In this document: positions 40,655-52,800 of the stretch, in pieces
Position numbering within the stretch: position 1 is the stretch's first letter
Layout of the letters: the number at the start of each line of letters is the position of its first letter
Assembly (NCBI RefSeq): GCF_001447785.1
Contig: NW_015164664.1
Coordinates: forward strand, 774,274 to 838,273
Source: Gekko japonicus
Taxonomy: Eukaryota
Direction of reading: 5' to 3'
DNA: 64,000 bases
Translations under genes and position numbers: made by a program
The notes under the pieces: model-generated
Told to the model about the DNA's origin: nothing
What the model saw: the letters and a program-made list of their open reading frames with translations, nothing else
Database searches by the model: none

Positions 40655-43600
40655 GATGAGAAAACAGAGTTGTACTTACCTGTAACTGTTGTTCATCAAC
40701 GTCTTCTGTGCAGACACACAATGGGACTGTGCCTGTGCAGGCCAGCCACGGACATTTTGTTTCTAGCTCAAAAGCTCCAAAATGGGGGCGCCCCACCTCT
40801 CTCAGGGCTAGTGGATTTGCAGGATTCCTGCCCAATGCATCACATGCTCTGACAGTGGGCACCCCCTTCCCTCAGTTCCTGCTAAGCCTCCATGAGTCCC
40901 CCCTCCCCTTTTGGCACAATAGGCCTAGTGAGAACTCACAGCGGGGCAGGAGGGAGGGAATTTGTGTCTGCACAGAAGATGTAGATGAACAACAGTTACG
41001 AGTAAGTGCAACTCTGTTTTCATCTTCTGTCTTCTTATGCAGCCCCACATTGGGACCATTAGCGAGCTACTCACTGGAGGTGGCGGCATGAGTCTCTCAT
41101 GGGAACAGAGCCTGCCGAATAACCTTGCCCATATCTGCTTCTTTTCTTGCCTGTAGATCTAGAGCATAAGGTTCTTGCCTGTAGATCTATCGACCAGGTT
41201 GCTGCCTTGCAGATATCTAGCAGAGGAACCCGCTGATTAAAAGCGGTTGATGACCCCTGGGCCTGGGTAGAATGTGCCTTCACATCAAGAGGACACGGCT
41301 CTCTGGATGCTCTGTAGCAAGAACAGAAGGCAGCAACTACCCAACTAGACATGGACTGGGTCGATGCAGCTCTGCCCTTCTTGGGGCCCCAGTATTAATA
41401 AATAATGCTTTATCTTTACAGAAAGTTCTGGTTCTTTCTAAATGATCTAGGAGAGCCTTCCTAACATCAAGGGTATGTAGGGCCTTTTCTGCTTGTGAGC
41501 TCAGAGTGGGGAAGAAAACCAGTAGGACAATTTCCTGTGCCAGGTGGAATTTGGAAACAACCTTAGGAAGGAAGCCTAAACTTGGGTGTAACACAACCCG
41601 CTCATTGAATATCTTAAGAAAAGGTGGATCAACTCTGAGCACAGCCAGTTCGCTAACTCTCTTGGCCAAAGTAATGGCTACTAAAAATGCTAACTTCCTA
41701 CAGAATAAGGTTAATGAACAGGAGGCTAAAAGCTCAAAGAGAGGTTTCATCAGGCTAGCTAACACTAAGGGTAAAGACCACTGTGGAACAATACAGGATG
41801 CAGGGGGAAAGACATTGGGCAGTCCTTTTAGAAAGTGCTGAGCCAATTTATGTGCAAAAACAGTAGTCCCTTGCACTTCTTCATGAAACATAGCAATGGC
41901 TGCCAGGTGAGTCTTCACTGAGGACACAGGTAGACCTGTTCATACTAGGGACGATGCCAATGGGCAGGTGAAAGGGCATTCCCCTCTAGCAGAAGCCCAG
42001 GACTCAAACCAAGCCACTTCCTGGCATAGGAATACCTAGTTGGTTTACGGGCCTGTAGTAGAATATTCAGAACTCCCTGGGAGAAGGAACGCACTAGGGC
42101 TGGATCCTCCATACTATTAAATATAGCTTTGCTACATCATGATGTAGTACTGGACCATGCATTAGCAGATCTGAAATGGGGCGGTGGGGGGAGGTATGTA
42201 GTCTCCTCTTGCTAGGTGTACTAGCTCCAAGAACCAGATCTGGTGGGGCCAGAAAGGACACCATTAATTTGATCTATCATTTTCCCTATGACCTTGTTCA
42301 GGAGAAGGAAGGAAGGAAAGAAATAGAAAAGTGTGCCTGACCAAGGGATCTGGAATGCATCCCCCAGAGAAGTTGGGCCACTGCCCACCAGGGAGCAGAA
42401 CTCTGGTGCCTTCCTGGATTTTGCCATTGCAAACAGGTCCACCTGAGGGTATCCCCAGGAGTTGAAAATTGCTCTGATGGACTTGTCCTGGATAGACCAT
42501 TTGTAGTTGGTCTGATAGACCCTGCCCAGATTGTCTGCCTCTGTGTTTGAAGAGCCTGCTCTATGGATGGCTTTGGGAACAGCCACAATGCTTATAGTCA
42601 CTTCCCACACTGCAGTTGCTTCTAAGCAAAGTCTCTGGGAACCAGTGCCTCCCTGCTTGCTGAAATAATACATGGTTGCGGTGTTGTCCGTCTGGATCAG
42701 CACCCTCTTGTTCCTGAGAATATCTGAGAAGGAGGTAAGGGCGAATCTTACCACATGAAGCTGCAATACATTAATATGGGGAGTCATTTGCATTAAAGGC
42801 TATTGGCCCTGTACCAGAAAACCTTGACAATGGACACCCTAGTCCAATAAGGATGTATCTATGGTCAGAGTGACCTGAGGAATCCAAAAAGCAAATTGGA
42901 ACCCAGAAAAAAAAATTAGTGTCATCCAGCCACCAATGCAGACACCTGACCCACCACCCTTGGTATAAAAAAACCCCAGTATCCTGAGTGGTGCTAGTTA
43001 GGGTCATACTTCCTCACAAACCAAATCTGCGGACTTCACATATGCAACCTAGCTAGTTGAATTACCATGGTAGTTGTGGCCATTAGCCCTAGTAACCGTT
43101 GAATGTCCTTCACTGATTGCCAATGCTTTCTAATGCAGCTTGACATCATAGCCTTAATGTTCTTCGCTCTGTTGGTAGGCAAATGGCATCAAGGAATGCA
43201 CCAATGATTTGTACCTGCTGAGAGGGTATGAGATGGGACTTTTCCTAGTTGATCACTAGACCTAGGCTGTTACAGGTGGAAATGATAAAGTGAACTTGAT
43301 CACTCAATAGTTCATGAATGTGGACCACAATCAGCCAGTCATCCTGGCCCAGGAATATAGAGCAACCCTGTGTATGTAAATGTGTTACCACAACAGCCAT
43401 ACATTTGGTTAAAATCTCTGAGTACTGTAGCCAGCCCAAATGGGACAGAAGTGTACTCAATCACCTGGGAACCCTGACTGAAGTGTAAGAACTTCCTGTG
43501 AGACTGGTGTATTGAAATATGAAAATAAGCGTCTTTTAAATCAAGAACTGCGAACCACACACCTGGGGCAAGAAACTCAATGACAGAAGAAAGTGAAACC

Positions 43601-45881
43601 ATTCTGAATTTCGAGATTTTAATGAACTTGTTTAATTTTCTAAGATCCAACATTCTTCTTGTCTACTTAAAAAAAAACCTTGAATGAAAACCCCAGGATT
43701 GAAGTCCCTCTGGGACCTGTCCCACTGCACCCTTCCTGAGGAGCGCTCCTAGTTTAACCTTGAGCTCTTGGGTAGGGGTTATCTACAGTGGTTGGGATAC
43801 CAACTCTAACCTGTAGCTATATTGAACTACTGATAACACCCAACTATCAGAAGTAACTTTGTGCCAAGCCTCTATAAATTTGTGCCAGCCTATCCTTGAA
43901 ACTGAAAGCATCTTCTGCTATTGGGATGGCTAGTCAGAGCTTTGTTGGTTGTTGGCCTTGGTCTCTCTGTGGGTTCTGCTGAGGGAGCCTTGGCCGTGAT
44001 GTACCCTTTAATTTTGGAAAGGGAGAGTGACTGGAATGGGCATTGAGGATACGTGAATGACAGCTGGTGCTGGTCGTCTCTGGCTGTTATAGAAAGGGGT
44101 AGCAAAGCCATGCTGCCTTTGTAAGAAGCGTTGCCTGTGAGCTGGAGCTGAGGAGAATATGTTCAGCGACCTGCCTGTTCTTTTTCATGGTAGCAAGGAA
44201 ATCCATTAGGTTGTGAAAAAAGAGTAGATCCTTCAAAAGGGAGATCCTCAACTTCACTGTGTGTCTCTGTTGGGAGTGGAGAGCAGTATGGTGAAGCCAT
44301 GAGCCTCTTGAGAACTGTAACAGAGGCCAACTGCCTGCATTAATTTCCCACTTTGAAAGCTTAATTGCCTTGGATTGGATAAGTCTTGCCAGGGATTCCT
44401 CAGGTAGCTTGTCTAAATACTGGGAAAGACTCTCCCAGAGGAAAAGCTGGTAGCCTCCCATAATCACTTGATAATTTGCTACTGAAAAACAGAGTAGAGG
44501 AAGCATAAAACTTTCTTCCCAAAGCATCCAGATGGCGGCTTCCCCTGTCCAGCGGATGAGTGTTTACTGGCTCATTGGCACACCTGCATGTTCTCTGTAA
44601 TCAATGAAGATGGTGGAGGATATGTAGACAGAAAGTCACAAAAGTGAGATGCTGTGGAAGCCTCCTCCTCCGGCTCATAAAATGGTGATCAGAAGGGAAC
44701 CATAGCTTAACAAACGTCCATGTGTTCTCCTATGTTAGGGTCATATCATGTCCCTCCAATATCTGAGGGTGATGTTCTGCCCATCTGTTCAAATAGGATG
44801 GCGACATGTTGTAAGAGTGTTGAGGAGGGTCAGCTGGTTGCCAAAGGAGGTCTCGATTCCAATGGCAGCAGGGGGCCCGCAGGGATACTAGTCTTTGGGA
44901 TGGATTACACATTCTTCTCCTTATGCTTTGGCTTTTTATGTTTTTTTGCAGGGGGTTCCAAATGAGATCAGGTCTTAGTCGAAGGTCCTGGGGAAGGTGA
45001 ACCTGAATGTCTAGGTTCTGCCTCTGGGGTGACCAAAGCGGCCCTCTTTGGAGGAAGTGGTCATTCTGATGGTTGGGCTCGCTGGAACTGAATGGACCAG
45101 TGGAGGTCCGGAGTGTGGTTTGGTAGTCGGAGCTGAGGGAAGTGGACCTGAAGCAGTCAATTCTGAGCTCAGAACTACTTTGGAGGGAACCAAAGAAAAG
45201 GGCTTTTCCCACAATGTGGCCTTCAGTCTAGAGGCTCTATCTGACCAAGCCTTTGGAGTGAAGCACTGGCAAATCGAACAAGCTTTGACATTATGGGCCT
45301 CTCCCAAGCACAGGAGGCAGAGCTCATGCTCATTGCTGTGTGTCACTTGGAGTACTTTTTGAACAGTGCCTTGGACACCATAGTGAGGGACCACAAGCAC
45401 AACAATCGGTGAAACCCAGATAACTGTGGGTTTACCTTCCTCTAAAATAGAATCTTGAAGCCTGAAAAGCAACTCTCTGATGACGAATGAGAGTCTGTTC
45501 TTTACCAGACGAATACCAACAGAGCATGCTAAAAAGCTTCCAGTCCTTGTGGCGACAAAAATGGAACTGAGGGAAGGTGGCGCCCACTGTCAGAGCATGT
45601 GATGCATTGGGTGGAAATCTCAAGCATGAGCTGGTTCCAAGAGGGGTGGGTTGCCTCCATTTTAGAGCTTTTGAGCTAGAAATAAAATGTCCATGGCTGG
45701 CCTGCGCAGGCATAGTCCCAAAGCATGTGATGCATTGGGTGGAAATCCCAAGCATGAGCCGGTTTCAAGAGGGGTGGGTTGCCTCCATTTTGGAGCTTTT
45801 GAACTAGAAACAAAATGTCCATGGCTGGCCTGTGCAGGCATAGTCCCAATGTGGGGTTGCACAAGAAGACGGAAGATGAAA
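40655..45881 (-). mobile_element. DIRS1-like tyrosine-recombinase retrotransposon (decayed ORFs, intact terminal architecture)
   Basis: Gag-like CLLCLGEAH..C..C (45011-45472), RT LDLRKLNKF...LDLKDAYFHI...PFGL (43245-43653), RNase H/MT-like TDNTAT..KQGG, VDLFA..DAF (42221-42793), and tyrosine recombinase KRVSEL...LDVRKAL...AHST..ICKAATW (41071-41927). Inverted terminal repeats ~40720-40880 / 45563-45850 and an internal complementary region ~40962-41057. Confidence 0.92.
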
Positions 45882-46289
45882 TACATGCTTGGCAGGGTAC
45901 AGTCATGGGCAATGAGATTATTGATGGTATAAGATTGTGCTTCGGCAAGCAAAACATTTATTATATAAGGCCAAGGCCATTACACTTAGGACACACAGTG
46001 GGACACACAAGAACATAATAAAGTTAAAAGCTCTTGAAAACACAATTAAAAGCAAGTAAACCCTTTCACAATATACAATTTTAATAGTTCAGTCCTTTAT
46101 TTTCTTGGCTGCCAAGGCAAATTGTACCACTCTAAATGAGCAGAACTATTGTAAATACAATGGAGAATCCCTTTGTGTCTTGATCATTTATAGGGTCAGA
46201 GCCCACCATATATATATATTGCATCTTAACTCTTTACTATCTGGCTGCAGTCAAAAGATTATGGTAGAAGATTTAGAATCTGTATCCTG

Positions 46290-47000
46290 GAACTCATCCT
46301 GTGGAGTGCCTTGGTGCTCTTTGTAATCTCCCATATTGATCAATATATGTGTAAGACCTTTAAATGAGATTGTCTGTAGTTTTGGCATTTGTCAATATGC
46401 TGATGATACATAAGCCCAGCACTTGTCTACTGTGATTAAAATGGCTAAGGGAGAACAGGGTGAAGCTTAATCCAGACTTAAGACAGGTGTTGCTTGGAGA
46501 AGTTGGGCCTTGAAGAGAGTTGTGATGCCCACCCTTTGCAGAGTAAGTTTGACCCTGATAGACTCAGTTAAGAGCTTGGGGGTAGCTTTGGATCTGGCTT
46601 TTTTACTAGAAAAACAGGTTGAATGGGTAGCAAAAAGAGCCTTCTTTCAGTTACATCTAGGTTGGAGACTGCCCTCCTTGATCAGCAAATCTGACCGTAC
46701 TGATTCATCTAGTAATAGCTGCAAAGCTAGACTATTGTAATGTACTCTACATGAGGCTACCATTGAAGACAACTGGAAGCTTCAACTGTTGCCAAATGCA
46801 ATGCCCTGCTTTCTACTATAGTTGTGGCTAGTCACTTGGCACATATTTTGCCTAGCTGTGATTTTTACAATGGTTGCTGGATTGTTTCTAAATTCAGTTC
46901 AAGGAACTGGTTGTAACCTTTAAAGCCCTTTGTATCTGGGAACCATTTATCTGCAGGGTTGTCTCTCCCTGTAACAACCCATGAGATAGCGCCACTCTTC
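46290..47000 (+). mobile_element. Decayed L2/CR1-group LINE RT fragment
   Basis: QYADDT at ~46393, KLNP, VKSLGVALD...AFFQL, RLDYCN motifs in broken frames. Confidence 0.7.
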
Positions 47001-49784
47001 AGACTGACTATATATTATAACTTCAGGCAGGTAGCTGTGTTGGTCTGAAGCAATAGAGCAAAGTTTGATTCCAGTGGCACACAATCTTTGCAAGAGTTCC
47101 AGCAGCCTCCAGACAATGGCTTTCTTTTTGGTTGCTGTTGGACTACTGTCCCTACAGGTTGAAAAGTCCATCTCATGGTGAGTCCTCAAGTGAAGAAAGA
47201 TTCCAATGACCATGCTCCCATGTGATAATACAGTCATCTCATAATCAGTCATCTCATAAACAGTCATCTCTTTACCCAGCCCCCAAACTCGATCCTTCCT
47301 GATACTTGAAGCATTTTAGAGACAACTTTCTGATGCTCTTTTTCCATTCTCAGGGGTCACTTTAGTAGCTCTGGCTGCCCTTAGAAGTACTATTTTCTGA
47401 TTGTTTCCTTAACAACTCACATCTGGGATGTCAGGAAATGGGTTAGTATGAGGGAATGGATTCATGGATGTCCATTAATATCCAAGCGATCCACTTTGGT
47501 GTGTCCCTAGTCTTTATATAATTCCTGGAACAGTGCTCCCAAGCACAGCGTGACCCATGCCCTCCAGATGTCATGTGAAAGTACTAGACTCACATTGCGT
47601 AGAAGTTAGGAATCCCTTTGATGAACTGTGGTTATTTGGTCAACGAAACAAGTATGGCCATGAAAACCTCCAGATAATTTGGAAGGCATGATATTGGCGG
47701 CAATGGACTAAAGGGATGGAACACCTTTAACATGGATATCAAAGAGGGTATTATAGCAATGGATTTTAAAATGTCTGTTTCACTGGCATAAGCTATGTCC
47801 ATGTTCTGGCCCAAAAGAGCAAGAATGAATCTTGACCAAGACTTTAAGAAAAACAAGAACTGTTTATACAACTCTGAAGAATGTTCTCCATTTGACCAAC
47901 CTAGACAGGAATGTAGCGGACCTTGAGCAGAAGGGATGGGCACAGCACTTAAATGAGAGTTCCCATTTTTAAAACATGCTGTTCCCCAAGAAACCCTGGG
48001 GAGATTTAGCAAAGCAGGAAAATTTTCTAGCTTCAGGTCAATAGACAAACAGCCAATTTCTTTTTATGTTTACTGTCTGGAACTGTTGCCATTCAGGAAG
48101 AGCCACGAAGGGCCAAAAGGTTATTGGGGTGGGAATAAAACGGTTTATCTTAGCATGGGATTCACTGAGGGATTTTTTTCATCGCCCCAGGAAGCTTGTT
48201 ACACTTTTGAATTGCACCTAGATTATATTTATACAACAGATGAAGACATATTTCAAGTATCATGGCTTCCAAATGATGAATTCTGGGAACTGTAGTTCTT
48301 TGAAAGGGCTGTGGAGAGTGTTACTCTTAGCATCTTAACAAAACTGTGATTCCTTGGATTCTTAGGGGCATGTATTTCCAATTTGTAAAAGTGACTCTGT
48401 GCAATTTAAAATTGTGGCTTCTTGATATATCCTCAGAGTATTCCTTCTGCCGTCAGACATAGCTTTCAATATCTGAATGCTCTCAACAAGTCTTCCTGTA
48501 AAGTCTTCTTCTCTAACCCAAACATGTTGATTTTGTTTGGCTTTTCCTTGTGTGGATTGCCTTCCAGCCCTGCAGAGAATCTCCATAGCTTCATTACTTT
48601 GGGGTCTGATTCTGATGTGACAAACAGCAGACTCGCAGAGACCTTATTCCTGCATATAAATTTCATTCTTGAGTCAGGGTATTTTATTTCCTTCAAATTC
48701 TGTATTATGAAATATTGAAAAGACATGGCAAATATACAGTTGAATGACTTTACGTTTCAGCTGACTTTATTATTAGTGTTTCAATAAACATAGATCCAAA
48801 ACCTCAATGCAGTCATTATATACATAAACAAACATCAAATACACACATCAAAGTACATGATGCAAGGTACACAAGTTAATTTATTTACAGCACTCCAGCC
48901 TGATCCTGCAGGCACAGCATGTCCGCATTTCCTGCTGCTTACAGACAATCTACAGTTGCAAATAATAAGCCAATAAATAGCAAGAAGTGATGGAAGAAGA
49001 AGAGTTTCCAATGAGCATCAAAGAAGGCACTGATGGAGCTGATTCAGAAGGTCAAAGGGACAATCTATTAGGCTCAGGGAAAAGGCACAATTACAACCTG
49101 ATCCTAGTCCTGTTCTAAGTGTTTAATAGGATTTACTCCTAAGAGCTGCACACAGGCTCACAACCTTGGGTAATTCATAAATAAGCCATCGGCCAGCCTG
49201 CCAGCAGCATCTGCCTGCTTCCTTTTATAACAGAGAGGGAAGGTGGGGTGAAGGAAAACCAATGAGGCTAAGGATGCAGTCCTAAGAATATGTCCCTGGG
49301 AGCAAGCCCCTGTGAATAAAATGGGACATAATTTTGAGAATGCTTGCTTACTAAGGCAGAGTAGTAACTATTTTGGCTACTTGGAGTTTATTGTAAGGCT
49401 GGGAATAAGTAGTTCCTCAGCCTACACTGCATTGACTTTTCTGGTCTCTGCTTTTGGGGAAAGGGCGATGTCAGCTGTCTCTTCCATTCACAAGTTTCCT
49501 TTGGCTATGGCCAAGGTGATTTAGCGTATTCTTTCCAGTTGCTTGGAAACTCTTTTGTATTATTGCATATTCAACTGTTGCTACTGTCCTGCTGAGAAAA
49601 TACACTTTGGTTGACCCAAGTCACCCTTCAGAACACAGCAAATAAACAGCCCCCACCCAGCAATATACAGTACATCTTAAGAGCCAGCAGAGGCCTTATA
49701 GGAAGCGGCCTTCCGAAAAAGCCGGGTCCCTGAGTTGAAGAGCAACAAAGAGTTTGTCTGGGACTGGACCCATTCTTCTTGGGT

Positions 49785-49870
49785 TCATACTATTTGGTTC
49801 TTCACCTTCTCAAATATCTGCATCACCTTGGCTGCTGGGACACATCCTTCTCTCAGTATCGTGATACTAC
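49785..49870 (-). CDS. Gene B exon 10 (terminal coding exon)
   Basis: ctcctag|GT: SITILREGCVPAAKVMQIFEKVKNQIV*. Confidence 0.9.
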
Positions 49871-52800
49871 CTAGGAGAGAAGAAAAGGCAGATGAATGCT
49901 CGATCCCGGAGGAAAAGCAAAGGAATGTGGGAAAAAGTCATCCTGGCTGCCTCACCTTACTGTACAAAAGGGCATTATTATATGAGCTTAAATGAGCAGT
50001 CCTTCCTTTAGCAGCCACCCATCATTCAAACTTGCCAGTTTTCCAAGCTGAGTTTGCATCTTAAACATGTAGCCTAACTTCTGCCCAACACAGTGTTCAA
50101 GATAGAGGTACCCCTACTAGGTCAGTCTCTAATGAAAAATTCAGGTAAATATAGGCAAGACTTGGGAGCTGGGGTTTAAAAGACTGAGAGCAGGCAAACT
50201 GCAGAGCAGATATAGAAATGCTGTTTGACTAAAACAGTACCCTGAACACTAGGACATAAATCTGGTGCTCACCTTCGTCTATCTTGGTGCAGTTAACCAC
50301 TGTGGATGCCACCACTTCATTGGACTGCCCGTCACAGAGAACTCCATCCAGCCAGTGTCCAAGGCGCCTGAGGGCGAAAAGGAGAGTAAATGCCACTGGG
50401 TCACTTAAAAACATATGCCCCATTTCACTGGTGTGGCTTGGCATGCCTCCAAGCTCCCTTTGCTTGGGCATAAAGGCTATTTTATAACATTGACTGAGCA
50501 GGAGCACTCACAAGATGACCATGTCATGGTGGGTGCTGTCAGTTTCTCCGCTGGGATTAGCCGAGGTGATTGCCAGGGGACCTGTCATGTCTATGAGATG
50601 GACAGTGACTGTTTGGTCAGGGACTCTGATCATGATGCTGTCTTTTGTTCCCACTCGGTCATATCCATCTCCAACCCCTGGAAGAAAAGAAATGGGACAG
50701 CAGTGGTTCCAAAGCATCTGGTTACCCACACTGCTGTCATTGTTTCATATTTTGGAGATATTATCTATTTGTACCCATAACTCTCAGCACACAGTACATT
50801 AGAATGATGCTCAAGATATTTCCATAGGATTTATCCATTCAGACCTTGTCCAGGACTAGGCATGCTTAGCATCAGAAATGGAATGGAACATGATAGGATC
50901 CAAACACCTTCCTGAGATTAAAATTCCATGGATTGTTGTTAAATGTATTGAAAGGAAAAATGACAATCTTGCCCAAAAGATGGGGGACAGAGTAACTTCA
51001 TGAGGCTGACCCATGACTTTGGCAGAACTTTGTATTTTTTGATCATTCAGATATTTGGAGGGGTTAGGAAAAGGGCAGCAAAAACATCTGCAAGATGGTT
51101 TTGACTCCTGGCCTTCTTTCAAAATAGTGAAATGAGAAAAGATTTTGCTGAAAGCAACACAATGTTATTATGTCTTTGTTGTTTTGAACAACTCCCAACA
51201 CACTATATTCAAGGGAAAAAGGTTTCCCTGTGGACTGTGTCTCTAAGTGGCAGCAGGAGCTGACGTCTCACCTCCTCATCATACTGCTGAATGAGGGAGA
51301 AAATGATGTGGAATTTCCAAAAGAAATAGTGAAGACCAACTAGGATGACAGACACTTTCTGAAAAGCTGAACCAGATTTTAAGAGATGTTCATTCACACT
51401 TTGAAGTTAATGAACAGAACCTGCTCTGGATGTGCTTTAACCATCCATGGGTTTCCCAAGTTGTCTTGACAATTTAGCCTTCATTTCTGGCATTTTCCCC
51501 ACCCTTCCTCCTGAGCTCCTTGTGGCCTTGACAGTCTCCCCATTTTATGATAACTCTGCAAGGTAGGTTAAGCTGAGTGATGATGACTGGTCCCAGGTCA
51601 GCCAGTGAGCATGTCTTGAGGCACCTCTGGCATCGCAAAACAAGAGATGGAATAAGTGACGGGATGCCCAGCCAACCCACCTAACGTCTTCAGCCACTCT
51701 CCTTTCTTGACAATGCATCCAATACCTCCAGGGTAAACATTCTCCATAAATTCCCAGAGCAAAGGGCTGAAGGGTGGAGTGGCAGCCCGGAGCTGGTCTA
51801 CGTTGGAGATGAAGATACAGATGGGTTTCTCTTGAGGCCTGTCCTGTGAGGACGAGAGGCAACAGGTAATCCTGGGAATGGATAGGCAAGGTGAAATAAG
51901 CACCACTGAAAGGGCTCTACTCTGCTGCTCTGGTCCAGCCCAAACATCCTGGCTACTCCTGTGTCATCTGAGGTCTTGTTTTGGAGATGACTGAGCTGCC
52001 AGCACTGAATACTCAACCCACCAGGAATGTATTTATTTCATGTACCCTCTCCCACTCATGGTGCTCTGGACTTGGCACTCGGGGGATAAACTAAAGAGAG
52101 GATCTTTGTTAACTACCTGTGTTTAGGATTCCTGACTAGGAAACCTCTACCTTATTTTCCCCGTAGCCAGGAATGTCTTTAATAGAGGATAGTCAAGGGT
52201 AAATAAACATGGGGCTGAACTGCAGTGGCCGGATCTGGGTGGTTTTCAGTTTCTCCAAAGTCTGGAGAAGATCTCAACTGGATCAGCTATTTATAAGGGG
52301 AGGGGCTCAGATGTCTACAAAGTACTTTTGGATCCTATTCTGTTTTCCAGATTATTTCCATTTATCACAAATGTCTCCTTAATTGCTGAGGTTCTGCTCT
52401 GAAAGGTGTTTGGTATATGCAGAAGACGCCATAGAACTGGAAGCTGATGGACTTCTGTTGCACTTGGCAGAGCTTCAGGGATAACGGAAGGGAGACCAGC
52501 CCTCTGGTTTCCCAGTATATATTTGGAAACTCCATAGCAACTAATACAAAAACACAGAACTGCTGTTAAAATCCTGATCTTTCCATACCTGCACTTTAAA
52601 AATAAGTTTCTAGTCCACAGGGATGTTTGATAATGTTATGGGAACAAATACGGGTACAGTTGTGGAAATGGGGATCCAAATTCATTCAGGTTTCCTACTT
52701 CATATAATGTTAACATATGCATATATAATAAATAAAATAAATGTGTAGCTGGACACACAGTGTCCTGTGGCTTGCTGTTGTTGTGTTCATCGTGCATACC

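Noticed and set aside
49785-49800. PDZ-binding motif at the gene B C-terminus (NQIV)
   Set aside because: Position -2 is Gln, which fits neither class I nor class II.
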